A stretch of DNA of 64,000 nt from Kudoa neothunni (taxonomy: Eukaryota > Animalia > Cnidaria), in contig OZ199839.1 in NCBI GenBank assembly GCA_964304625.1, positions 4,715,376-4,779,375 on the forward strand, in the 5' to 3' direction. Below, piece after piece: positions 50,890 through 63,902 of this stretch; position 1 is the first letter of the stretch; each line of letters starts with the position of its first letter. The notes under the pieces were generated by a model. The model saw only the letters and a program-made list of their open reading frames with translations, did not search any database and had not been told where the DNA came from. The position numbers and the translations under genes were made by a program.

Positions 50890-53800
50890 ATTTTTCATGA
50901 ATTATTTTGAAATTCTAGGTTCAACTTTGGTCAACGCTATTCTCATGTCATCACCACATTTAAGCCTGTTTCTTTTTTTTTGGTTTTAATATCCACTAAA
51001 ACCAAGAATGATTGTTCACATAGATATGTTGATGCAAATGGGATGATTAGGTTAACCCTTCCGGTACCAACTGGGATATTTGAGAGACCCCATATTATCT
51101 ATTTTGTATCTCAATCCAAAAATCAGCTTCTGATAGTCTTCAAAATTTCAGAATACATCTATTACTATTATTTCGATATTTTGATGAAAATATTTTTTAT
51201 AATATAATTAAATATAATGAATAAATTCAAAAATAATACTAGAGTTAATTTTTAATGCATCGGATTAGTTTTCTAATGTTACATATTTGTTTTATAAATA
51301 TTAAAAATAGCTTTATCACTCCGAAAATTTGATAATATTTGTTCTATTACATGGAAAAATGGTGCGCCTTTCTAAATATTACCCGCTTCGCGGATTAACG
51401 AGGATTAATCCGATTAAGCCATGCGCTTAACATTTCTTGCGGATATTGAGGTAGCAATTGTTAAATGACTTTTTTTGAGGCATCGGCAATATTTAGTATG
51501 AGACTAGACCAAACCATTGATGATGTTGGAAAACTTATTGAGGATTTTTCTTTTGTAGATAATGATAATTGTTCAGAATACGAAATATCTGATTCAGATG
51601 ATTGTGTTATTAATGATATAGATTGTGATGAAGATTTTCAAAGCGACGTTAAATTTGCTCAAATAAACCCGAATAATGATTCTATTTTTTCTTCCCCGTC
51701 TGGTCTTGAATGGTCCAGAAGAATTTGTTCGAAAACGAAAACTAAATCACATAACATCGTTACTTCATCCTCAGGCATTTTAGAGGAAGCGAACAATATA
51801 ACGTCTATTTATGATGCCTTTGAATTGTTTATGTCGGGTGATATAATTAATGAGATAGTAAAATACTGCAACAAGTACTGCGAAGAAACTAACCCATAGA
51901 CACACGCGACAATAACTAAAAATGAAATAAAAACATTATTTATAGGCATATTAACTATTGCTGAGCGTTCAAATGGTAAGATGCTTGCTCGTAGGAATAT
52001 GTGGGATGGTAGCTCATTATTCAAATAATTTTCTTCCCCACAGTGATGTCCAGAAACAGATTCACTTATCTTTATAGAAGAATCCGTTCCGACGATAAAG
52101 CAAATAGAATTTATCGGGTTCAAATTACAAATGACAAATTCGAACCTTGCTACCAAATTTTCAATCTATTTAATGAAAATTGCCTGAAATATTATTCACC
52201 AGGCACGCATATTACAATGGATGAAAGGTTAATAAGGTTTAGGGTAAATGTCCGTTTCGGGTATACATGAAAAGCAAGCCCGGACGATTCGGGATCAAAC
52301 TTTGGGTGGCTGCAGACGTAGAAACGTCATACCTATTAAACATTCAACCGTATACTGGGAAGATCGGTGGAACAAGGGAAATAAATCAGGCTGAAAATGT
52401 TGTCACAAGACTTGTCTCTCCATTTTATAGAACTGGCCGAGGAGTGACCGTAGACAACTTTTTTACATCCGTTTCTTTAGCCACGAAACTCTTCAAAGAG
52501 AACCTGACATTGACAGGGACAATTAGGTCGAATAAACGCGATATCCCCAAAGAATTTTTAAAATCGCCACGCCGAGAGGTTTTCTGGTGATCTTTCACAT
52601 ACTTCCTATGTACCCAAAAAGAACTATGCGGTCAATATATTGTCTACCGAATTTCATGACTCCTTCAACAGAAGACACATATAGAAAAAGACCAACGGTG
52701 ATTCTTCACTATAACAAAACCAAAGGTGGTGTTGATAATGGGGATAAAATGACCCAGTCATACTCCTGTTCGCGACCTACTCGTAGATGGCCACTGAAGA
52801 TTTTCATGGAAATCATTGATATGGCTGCGCTGAACGCATATATTATTTGGATCCAAAAAAATTCTGAGCGGAAAAAAATGATCGTAGCAAGCGACAGAAA
52901 TTTATTCGCGGGTTTGCCATATAATTGGCAACACCCAATGCAGCACATCGTCATGAGAATTCCCATACTCTTCAATCCCACATAAAGTATAGTTTCCAAT
53001 TTTTTGAAATCTCTACCAATAATTACGATTTGACGATATCTGAATCAAATTCCACTTAACAATCAAAGAGAAATAGATGTCATTTTTGTCCTCGGAGGGA
53101 TAAAAAATCCAGCCTGAGATGTTTCAACCGCTTCAAATTTGTTTGCATAAAACATATAGTAAAAAGGAATATTATTTATTGTTTGGATTGTACCAATTCA
53201 TTGGAATAAATCGTGTTAATATATTTTTTTGGCATATACTTGCAGATTATAAATTATACACAAATTTTCACCAATAATTGAGTGCAGGGTGTCGTTCATT
53301 TTACGATCTCTAGTGCATTAACATTTATGACATATATAATTTAATCTATTATAATAAATAAATTCTACCAAAAGCTCAACACATTTGCAATTTTTGAATT
53401 TATGCACAGTCATGCCATTCGGGATACGAAATATCGACCTGTTGAAAAAACGAATAAAATTAATCTCGCTATAGAGGAAAGAATAATTTTTTTTACAAAA
53501 TAATTCTCTAATTTGAGAAATTTTACCAAATATGACTCGTAAAATTAAGAAAAATATCTACATAAAAATAGTGATTCTAATTTCTGTTTTCGCTACTATT
53601 TTGCAAATTTTCAAAAATAATAAAATAATGACAAGACGAAAGTGATTTCGTTGTACATATAAATATTAAAAATAATTACGTCAAAATATAACAGATGTTG
53701 AATATTATTCTTCATGTCTTAAATACTGATGCTCAAACAATGCAAACTGAAGTCATTGCGTCATTCATTGTTTAAAAATATTATCATTTTGTGTATTATT

Positions 53801-56666
53801 CCATGGATGTAGCTATTGACACGGAAAATAATATTTAGAGGTCACTAATTTTGGATATATTTAATTATTTATATCCCATTGTAGCATTCACAATAACCTT
53901 TATATTACTTATCATTCGGACATTTGCGGATTGCTTTTATTATTTTAAAAGTGAAGTTTTCTGCAGCATATTATACCAATCGCTTCGCTATTACCTGCCA
54001 GGAATAATTAAATAGAGCTGATTCTAAACGATTAATCTGCACAAAGCTTGTGAGTAAGAGTCACTGAGATTAAAAATTTATATTGAGTAAGCGTACATGC
54101 CGTTTATGACTAAATTTTACCGTGTCTATGTCTATAGCACCTGCCTACTAAAATTTAGGAAATAATATATATCAACATTAGATAATAGGAATCTTCGCTC
54201 ATATAGCTTAAATTTGATCAAAGCGGCAACCACATCAATCAATCATTAGCTACGGCTTCACCGACTTTACCGAAAAGCGATGAGTATTTATTTGTTGCGA
54301 TAGTCATGGTTTGCTCTAATCATTCATAATTTTTTGATCATTAATCTTCCATATATCCTGTTTCGGTATAAAACTGATAATATTTGCTATTTATGCTACA
54401 TTTTTGATGCATTTGTATCATTGTTCGTGCAATGGTTTTCGTCATGAACAAAATGATTTATGTCTCTAATTTTTGGTGAAATAGTTTTTAGCAGATTGAA
54501 CAAGTTTAAGGTGTATTTCGGCTAGGGTACGTTAGTGACCCCAGTTGGTCACCCTCGTTCTGTTATCGTAGTTGGTACAGGAAGGGTTAAGGATAGTATT
54601 TACAATCAATGGGTAATTTGTTGTTTGATTACACCAAAAATTAGATAATGTTGAAGTACTGAATAATTGTTGTTGCAGTTTGTTTTATTGTAAAATAATC
54701 AATCCATCCAAATGTATATCTTTTACATCAGCTGATGATACTGAAAACAGAAATGGTTGTCTTACCCATGTTGGATAGGATATGTCTTTTGGAAAATATC
54801 CTTCACGGGATATTTTTAGCTCACTCAAATGTAAAACAATTGAGTCTTTCACGTTATCGAGTAAAGAAACATCTGCAAACCCATCGATATTTTCAAAATT
54901 ATTTATTCAATCACCCTGCAAAGGAAAATTGGCAAAGTTCCCATTTTGTACCCTACGTATCCATAGAACAAATTTTTTAAGAAACCCTAGAATCTCTTCT
55001 TCAGCTTTGATTATATTTATTCCACCTCCTTGCACTTGAAGATTGAGTTGGTTCAGGGTATTGAAGATATCAGCCATATATGCCAATGTAATAACAAATT
55101 TTGCTTTGGAAAAATGTTGGGCATGTTGATGCTTTCGTCCCCTTTAGAAATATGGCAAGTTCTTCGCGTAATGTGAAAACACGATTTAATACCTTTCCTT
55201 AAGACAACCATTGAACATTCGAATGGTATAAAAGTGTTTCAAAATCCGAGCCCAACTCATTGCATAAATCCTTAAAAATTCTATGATTTAATGCACCTTT
55301 TCTCACGTAATTCACACATTCAACAACAATATTCAATACAAATTTGAGTTTCGGAGGAAAGGTTTTCATGGCCAACGCATGTCTATGAAGAATACAGTGT
55401 GTTATAATTATATGCGGAGCATCAGCTTTCACTAAAGACCCAAAACCAGAGTTTTTTCCAAGCATGGCAGGAGCACCATCAGTACATATAGCAGACACCA
55501 TATCCCATGTAAGTTGGTGTTCTTGGAAAAAGTCATCCACCATTTTTTCATATCAGATGCTCTTGTCGTCTTCTTGAGGCGATTATAGACCAAGTTTTCT
55601 TCTTTTATCGAATTTTGGTAGAAATATCTCACAAATACAGAAAGCTGGCACATATCAACAATATCCGTAGTTTCGTCAAGTTGGAGGCTAAATTTTAGTG
55701 GGCTTGAAGTCAGATGTTCCAGTATTTACCACAGTATATCATTGCTTATATCTATAATTCTGCATCGCACAGTATTATTGGAGAGAGAAACTTGGGAAAA
55801 TTTAGTTTCGGCGGCCTTACCTAAAAGGATATTTTCCATTTGCATCGCAGCTGGTTTAACTAATGATTCGCCAATTGTATGAGGCTTTTTTAGTTTTCCG
55901 ATCAAATATGATATTTCGTAGGATGCTAGCAAAATTAGTTTGTCAGTTGACACAAAGCCCAGATCAGATAATGATTTCCGTTTGTAACACTAGCGCCACT
56001 GCGAGGAATAGGCTCCGACATAAGATACAATATCGCTAAAATCTGCAATTGTTGCATTTTTATATTGGCCATTCGCATGAAGCTTCACAAAATGTTCACG
56101 TAGTTTTGCAGGAGCGAGGCTAGAATTACTTAGCACAGCATTACGGATCCTACACTAGGGGCGCTGACTTTCATTGGCAGGATTTACTACGGTGAAACCA
56201 TATTCAACATGGTTGTCGGACCACTTTTTCGTCTTCTTCAGCATACTTATAATAATTAACAATATAAATCAAAGACAACCAGTCGCAGCTGATCGATCTG
56301 ATAAGACTTAAAGATGACACCGCAGATAACTTAAGGCACATAGTATATTCTTTATGGAGGAGGGGCAATAAATAATCATATATGGTCACTTTTTGATTAA
56401 GGATGTTATGAAATATAGTGGAAGGAGTGTATTTATCTAAATATATTTTTATTTTAAGGGAAATCTTTGTATTTAATCAAAATAGGTAGCTTCCCGCGGT
56501 ACCTGAATTAATCGAAAATAAGACCTAGTGCTAATTTTCATGTGTTAAATATAAGACCTTATCTTATTTTCGTGGAAACACGGTACTACTCAATTGTGCC
56601 AACAGGGTGTGCAGAACGGAAAATCAAAATTTTCCTCGTTCGTCGAACCCCGGTTGGGAATCACCG
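50890..56666 (-). mobile_element. hAT (Buster/ZBED8-like) transposon, interrupted by piggyBac 51056-54586
   Basis: KPHTIGESLVKPA, LSNNTV, LQLDETTDI, CTDGAPAM, HCILHRHAL and WLS. FWC...YPLI.. rejoins across the TTAA to PFASTYLCEQSF...KRNRL...DDMRIAL. 5' TIR-like CGGTGATTCCCAACCGGGG at 56666. The 3' TIR was not located. Confidence 0.88.
51056..54586 (+). mobile_element. piggyBac transposon (PGBD4-like, related to 15301-17717) with a long 3' arm
   Basis: TTAA TSDs at 51052-51055 and 54587-54590. 17-bp TIRs CCCTTCCGGTACCAACT/CCCTTCCTGTACCAACT. Disrupted transposase at about 51498-53209 (TMDERL, TVDNFF, GGVDNGD, RCHFCPR). Confidence 0.95.
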
Positions 56667-56822
56667 CTTTCACAGGAGGTAGAAATTACTCGATTTCTAG
56701 GTTATATATTAAGACAGGCTAATTCTATATGTTACACTCATTAATATTGGTCACTTGAAGGAAATATAATCAAATATTAGATATTGTACATATGATATCC
56801 CTTTCATCTCCCAAAGTATTCA

Positions 56823-59166
56823 CCCTTAAACACTAACCTCCTGGCGCCTCCCGTAAACATTAACCCTGGGCTCCAGGAGCCCAGTGATTAACTTACGTCG
56901 AACGCAGTATTATAATTTAATCTTAAATTAACTCTTCTACTATTGACATGTCACATTATATACGATATATAAATAAAAATAGAACAGTTAAAGGTAATAT
57001 GATAAACTATATTATTACGCATAACAAAAAAATTATTATATTGTTTCCTATTATTAAAATGTATTTATTCGGTGTCAGTTTTAATTTATTTGTATTTTAA
57101 TCAACATTCCTATTATAGTAGTTAGCAAAATCAAAAATTATTTGTTTTTAATTCATTTCTACTATATGTTCCAATCGTTATAAACTTCACATTACGTTCA
57201 ATAAAAAACCATGGGAAAAAAATATGTTTAAATTAATTTTGTTATGAGTCACAGTTTAAAAAGATAATGTTTTCTTTGAATGTTCATTACAAACACTTCT
57301 ATCACATAAGTGACGGATTTACTTGCTTCTACGTACAATACTGATAGGAGGACACAAACGGCATCGCTTTCTTTGATTATTTTCTTGTTTTTCCACTGGA
57401 GGATCACTTTCTTTATTAAATTCGAAACCAACTATTTCCATTGTTCTTTTGACAGCAGGCTGGTTAAAAACAAATGCTATTTTATATCTCCATTCCTGCT
57501 CGAGCTTAATTAATGACATGGACAAATCCACGAGAAATTGTTGGCGACGATTTGACTTGTTTGCGTCAATAATCGGGATTGCCATGCATACAGACGACGA
57601 AAATGCATTGAACGCAGCTATATCAAGTATTTGACAAAATACAGCAAACGGCCACCGTCAACATTTTCTTTTACATGTATAAGTGGAAATACATTGATCC
57701 AAAGTGTCAACACCACATTTCTGTACATTATAATCCAAAATTGCTTTTGGTTTACGATGGTACTCTGAACTAACGCTTGGAGTACGATGCTCCGAAGAAA
57801 GAATTATTACAGCCTTGTTTTTCGTCAGTACATAAGAAATTAGGGTTTATGACTTATAGAAACCAAATAAGGATGAAAATATCTTCCGAGAGTTATTTGG
57901 TTGAAATTCAGTTGGAATGAATGTTCGACATTTGCGTACCGTACCAAGAGTGGACGTTTTTATTTATCGTAGATATAGAGCTAGCTTCTAGGAAGTGAAA
58001 TAATTATCGCATGTAATAGTACATCCCGAGTCCAACAAATGTTGAGTCAAATCAATGACAACTTTAAAACAGATTTGTTTCACGGCACTCATCAATTTTA
58101 CCCAAGTAAGGAAAAAAGTTGGATACATAATGTGTTTGACTATCACATACGATCCAAAATTTTAGCCCATATTTGCATGGTTCTTTTGGCATGTAAACGA
58201 GAAATGATACACGCCCTCGGAACGGATATAGTTGTTCATCTACGGTCAAATTAGGTCCTGAGATACAACTATTCCTACAGATTCTAGAAATATTTCCAAA
58301 CAGTTTACTGACGGGGAAAATTTATCAGCTAAATTTGGGGAACTTTTTACGCTTCCAATATTCATCAAAGCACAAGCAATTAAGATTTTTTGAAATCTCA
58401 TGTCACAGAATCCAGGTACACTCTAGGTTTGATTTATAGGCATCAGCCAATAACAGCAATCCTAAGAAAGCTTTTAACTCGATGCAATCTAGGCGTTTCT
58501 ACGGATCATTATATTTTTCAAGACCGTTGCGGTTTGTGAACGATAAAATTTCTTCGATCGTCTCTTCTTTTATAAAATGCGAAAATGAGCTCAATACGGT
58601 TGTTGTATCCAATGTTACAATAGGTTTGCCTTCCTCTGGGTCATTATTGATAATATTTTGATTGGCAGTTCGTCCAGGTATGGATTTTGAAGACCAGATT
58701 AAAGATTCGTCTTTTGAAATATAATAAGTGGAACTTATACCATTTTCATCTATTGGGGTGCATTCGTTTGTAGTCTCAATATCATCTATAAACAGAAATA
58801 TAATGCAAAATCCTTCAAAATTGAAATTACTCAATAATTTAGCATTACAAAATTTAGGTTCTCTTCTATCTGCAATAACTTTTCAATTTCACCTGAAGAT
58901 ATACTTTCTGCATCAGAAGAAGCCATTATTGCTGAAGAATACAATGTGCTGGGAAAATCCTGTTAATATTTAGGATTAAAAATGGCTGGATTTGTTATTT
59001 GTTTACTTAATAATAAGCTCACCTGTATCTCAAACAGCTTAATATGCGGAAAACAATTTTTTATGAATTTACGTGAAATCCGGGGTAAAAATGATTAAAA
59101 TTGACGAATTTAAAGCGAGTTTTATTCGGAAGTGGGCTCGTAGAGACCAGGGATAGTGTTTAAGGG
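56823..59166 (-). mobile_element. piggyBac transposon (PGBD4-like), degraded transposase
   Basis: Perfect 13-bp TIR CCCTTAAACACTA, flanked by TTCA/TTAA. A subterminal CCCTGG..CTC...GAGCCCA repeat is present. Transposase TVDEQL, TCDNYF, GVDTLDQ and RCRLCP. Confidence 0.9.
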
Positions 59167-59377
59167 TTAAACGCACAACTCTACCACTATTTTGGGCAAT
59201 TTTAATAAAAAATTAATTGAGAATGATTCCTAACATATTTTTTCTTTTTTACAAAACGATAATGAGAAAAGGAGAGAAATCTGTTATAAAAAGAATTTGA
59301 TGACGACATTTTAGTAGTTTAGATCACATACAAAAATACAAAGTAAAAATTGATTCTTGACAAATAAAAATCAACAG

Positions 59378-59760
59378 CTAAAATGTTCCATTTAAATGGT
59401 TTTTCTCTGGGTTGTAAGGTAGAATAGTGGTTGAATATTCCCCAACGCCACATAACACACAGTTCATATCATAAAACTGATGACTTTCATTGACTTTAAA
59501 AGAGTAATTGTGCTCACCAATAATATGTTTGCAGGATGCACAAGTATGATTGTACGAAACTTCCTCACTTTCACCATTATCCACTTCAGTATAGGCTTCA
59601 TCGTTGATATTATTGGCTCCACATTGTTTACAACCTAGATTTTGTGATACTATGCAGACAACCCATCCGAAAAACCTTTATAATTCATCATATAGGTCCC
59701 TTTTTCACAACATGTAGAACCGCGATCACAATAAGGATCCTTTGTGCAACCTTCACACAT
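59378..59760 (-). CDS. CHURC1: Churchill zinc-binding protein, copy 1 (2 exons, 41-nt intron)
   Basis: MCEGCTKDPYCDRGSTCCEKGTYMMNYK|GCKQC...YNHTCASCKHIIGEHNYSF...YDMNCVLCGVG...ILPYNP, the Churchill Cys/His pattern. Confidence 0.92.
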
Positions 59761-60817
59761 TCCACTTTGGTGTTAGCCGAAAGGACACGATAGGAATGGA
59801 TGTTTAAGGTGTGATTATTATTTTAATGTGCATAAATATTTTTTTCTATTCAAAGATAGTCATTGTTGAATTTACAAAAGTGAGTGGGATTTTAATCTTC
59901 CCGTAATCACGATTGTTGTGGTTAGATTAGGATTTCTAGACACATTTTTTTCTTCAATTCTTCAATTCTGAAATAAATAAATCCATGAAATCCGTATAAA
60001 TATAGTTGGTAAAATTTTCGTGATTATCTGCGTTATTTATTATAATAAATAAGGTCAATATACAAAATATAAGCCGGCTGGAATTTTTTTCTTCCCCCTC
60101 AATTCTTAATTCTTGGCAACTAAGATGAGAACAAAATTTGTAAGAAATACAAAAATATATCCACTGAATCAACTGCTTTTATATAAATATTGGGAAGTTA
60201 AGATACATATTTTAAAGAATAGTATAAAAATGAGACCAAAATTCATTTAAGTCATTGAAAAATAAATTATTTTCGGCGTTGATGAAATTCTCTTATAATA
60301 TAAATTAAATTTTAGTTCAAGAAAAATTCGATAGCACAACCAATATAGGAAGATCGTTTATTAAAAGGAATATAATATTTAATCCAAATAAACTGGCCAA
60401 TATATTTATCATATTTTACGACAATGTAGGTTGACGGGAAAATCGCAGTAATTTTAGATTTGTAATTTTTAATATTAAAATAAATTTTTCTTAAAAAACA
60501 ATGCCGAAATTTTATCAACTAGCGTAAACACGCAAAAGCTGTCGCGAAAATCTATATTCATATTAAAAAGAGACTTTAAAAAATTAATCAGATATAAAAA
60601 CCGAAGCGCTCCTCTGTATTATTCAATTAATTATTTGGTTTCCAATGATGAAATGATTAAATATAAATAGAAAAATGCATTCGTTGAAATAAAATAATTA
60701 TATAACATTTGGCGCCGAAAACATAAATCAAAAATTCACATAATTCTAGCAAAAATGATTTTATCTAGTTATTAAATAGATACCAAATTGTTATAAATTG
60801 GCCAACCAGCATTCAAA

Positions 60818-61201
60818 CTACCATAATTGACCATTCCCATATTGATGGGGATCGTACAACAACATGGTTGTATTCAGATTACCCACTCCACACAATATGC
60901 AATTCATTTTTAATGTCTGCCGAAACATTGAGATTTCTCTGAAAAATTCATGCTTACCGATTCGATGTCGGCAAGCGGCACAATCATGCTCGAAAAATAC
61001 TTGTTCAACATCGTCCTCAATTACCCTATATAAACAATCTTCCATTAATGTTTTCTCTCCACATTTTATGCATCCTAAATCAACTAAATAATATCCTAAT
61101 AGTATACAATAGCAACCCTTATAGTTGGGTATGTGAACGCCCCTCTGGTCGCATCGAATTCCACGATTACAAAACGGCTCTATCACGCACTTCTCGCACA
61201 T
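60818..61201 (-). CDS. CHURC1: Churchill zinc-binding protein, copy 2 (42-nt in-frame intron at the same position)
   Basis: MCEKC...NRG..C...NYK|GCIKC...HDCAACRHRIGKHEF...MNCILCGVG...LLYDP, with all Churchill Cys/His positions present. Confidence 0.88.
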   Translation of the reverse strand: MCEKCVIEPFCNRGIRCDQRGVHIPNYKGCYCILLGYYLVDLGCIKCGEKTLMEDCLYRVIEDDVEQVFFEHDCAACRHRIGKHEFFREISMFRQTLKMNCILCGVGNLNTTMLLYDPHQYGNGQLW

Positions 61202-62325
61202 TACTCTTTCCAGGTTGAACCCGAAAACACTCGTTAATGCTAGCTCAAGATCTGAGATAGCGGAAAAAGTTAATTACTGTCACCAGACTGATCTACTTAG
61301 AACAATATTACCGTAAAAATCTGAATCTTAACCATAGTAAAAACTATTAATGGTCATTATCGTTACGGATTTCCACCAGTCAGGCCTTATTCTAAACAAT
61401 CTGTCTTTTTTGATAGCATCTAACACATATTAACCAGTATAATTTAAATTTCTTTTCTCGCGTAATATTTATTTGTTGCGCAAGAATAAAAATAATGTTA
61501 TGGATTTTAATTAGCAATTCTTAGTTTTTTAATATTCTATTCTAAAGTCGCTAATAATCCAACATAATAGTCCCGGTGGTAAGATAACAATCACAGTCGA
61601 CTAATTAATAGCTAACACCCTTTAATGTGTTGATATTAATAGATATATTAACAGTTGGAATTTTAGGCATCAAAAAATTAACGAGATATCGATCGATCTA
61701 CTGAAATAACCAATACTGACTCTATAAATGTGGGTAATTAACTTACTTTAATAAGATTAAAGCCAGTTCCATGAACGAAAAATATCCTTTTTTGTGTGAT
61801 ACTTTATGCTTCATTGCAATTTATTAAATATAACATTTTGTTTAGCCACACGCTTCTGTTCGTATAGCTGTATTAGAAGATTACATAGCTTCAGATAAAC
61901 TGTTAATTAGGTATCTAAAGTAAGCTAATTTTTTTGCAATTGTTGAATAACTGAAAAAGTCCCCCAAATATTATTTAAATGAAAGTTAATCCAATAATAT
62001 GATTGGTTTAGAATTATAGAAATATTTGACACTTACTTAATAAAAAATAAAAATTTAGTTATTTCTTATTTATTTGGAATTATAAGGAAACTAATTGAAT
62101 TTCTATCAAGTGCACTTCCCACGAGAATTAAATGAGTCAACAACAAAACCCATATTCTCTCATCCATTTAATTCAGATTTTACAATCTACAATATTTTAT
62201 TATAATTTAAAAACATATCAAGATAAAAGAGAAAATATTGGTGTATACAATCATACATTTTAAATTTTGACTCTCACGTGGCCTCGTTGATTTTCGTGTT
62301 GTGGACGTTAGAGTTTTTAGGGAAA

Positions 62326-63902
62326 ATGCTCAGAGTAAACCAATTTTCTAGCGTTGTGAAGCGAATGTCCACCTTTGCGGTTAAACTTAAATAATTTTCT
62401 TCCTTTTGGATATGTTTTCGTAGGGTGGAAAAGCTAGAATCAATGCTGACAATTACACACGACCTATGAGCTCTACTAAACTTCCACTAAACACAGTTAA
62501 TTCTCAATGAGTAGTGTATGAGCAATTATATCCAATAATAGATTATAAACTTTGTTCCACAACAAGAAGCGTGGATCGTTGAACGTTTTGGAAAATTTAA
62601 TTCCACTCTTTATGCGGTATGATGAGCCTTTCTAATGATGGATGATATTCATTTTTTTAATTATCTAATGTTTTTCGAATTTTAGGGAATTAACATTGTT
62701 ATTCCGTTTGTTGACAAAATAAAGTATGTGCATAGCTTGAAAGAGGTAGCTTTTCAAGTTGGTTCTCAGTCTGCCATCACTCGAGGTATTCCATGTCAAT
62801 AATTAAAACCCAAAAGTTATCCTGCTTTGCTTATTAAGATAATGTGGTTTTGCATTTGGACGGTGTGCTATTTTATCGGGTTTTGGATCCATACAAAGTG
62901 AGATTACTTAAATGTGGCGCTCTGAATAAACAGATTCTATGTTTTTTCTGTGATAGGCATCGTACGGAATCGAAAATCATGAATACGCAATAACACAACT
63001 GGCCCAAACTACAATGCGTTCAGAGATCGGAAAAATGACCCTGGACGATGTATTCAAGGAACGCGAGCGCTTAAATATCAGCATTATTGGTAATAGCGCT
63101 GCTTTTCTTAGCTGTAATGGTATTATTGCTTGTCTAAATGTAGAATCCATAAGAGAGGCTTCAGTTAATTGGGGATTGGAATGTATGCGTTATGAAATAA
63201 GTAATTGTTGATGAAATGAGATTTTTGAATTTTATCACCATTGTTTCTGCTGCGATTGTAGAGGATGTACAACCTCCCGTCAAGATTTTGGAAGCTATGC
63301 AATTGCAAGTGGAGGCTGAAAGAAAAAAACGTGCATACATACTCGAATCTGAAGGACAACGAGACGCTGCTATTAATCAAGCTACTGGAGAAGCTGAAGC
63401 TGTTATGAGGAAGGCAGAGGCTCGTTCCAAGGCCATTAAAATTGTTTCAGATTCGTTATCACATGAGGTTTGTTCAATTTTGCTATACGAACCGACTGCT
63501 GAAATTTAACTTTACTCATTTAGGGTGGTACTCATGCGGCGTCGCTTGTGGTTGCTGAACAAGTATTAATTCATGCCAATCTTTAATTGGAATATTTTTC
63601 CATTTCATAGTATATTTCTGCTTTTTCAAAACTGGCCAAAGAATCGAACACTATTATACTTCCTTCTAACGTGAATGATGTCACGTCGTCGGTTGCTCAA
63701 GTAATATGTTTTCTGATAAAAAATTTCCGTGAAAAATTTCTAGGCAATGACTATATTCAGTAAACTAAGCGCAAACAAAAAAGATATGACTGAAGGTCAT
63801 TTACCATACGGGTTGAAAAATGTAAATTCTTTGGCCAAAAATGGTGCATTTCGAGACGATTTCCTCATCGAAAACTCCCCCACGTTCAATAAATCAAGCT
63901 GA
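62326..63902 (+). CDS. STOML2: Stomatin-like protein 2 (mitochondrial SPFH/band-7), multi-exon
   Basis: Spliced: basic presequence-like N-terminus, FVPQQEAWIVERFGKF, YVHSLKE, QSAIT.DNV, ASYGIE...QLAQTTMRSEIGK, WGLECMRYEI, QVEAERKKRA..LESEG, VAEQ|YISAFSKLAKESNTIILP, with stop TGA at 63900-63902. Confidence 0.95.

Noticed and set aside
56510-56585. Tc2/pogo-like terminal fragment (GAAAATAAGACC repeats ending ACACGG|TA)
   Set aside because: Only one end of about 75 bp, too little to call an element.
1249-60518. Many short ORF-track entries (e.g. 1249-1494, 3463-3852, 12600-12791, 28898-29092, 48252-48464, 59954-60172, 60312-60518) and antisense ORFs over TEs and genes
   Set aside because: Low-complexity AT-rich translations or shadows of real genes on the other strand or frame, with no motifs.
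61568-61600. tRNA D-arm-like TAGTCCCGGTGGTAAGA
   Set aside because: No T-arm or acceptor stem follows.
1-63902. CLPB and STOML2, both mitochondrial intermembrane-space quality-control proteins, in one window
   Set aside because: They are 61 kb apart with unrelated genes between, and there is no evidence of a functional cluster without synteny data.
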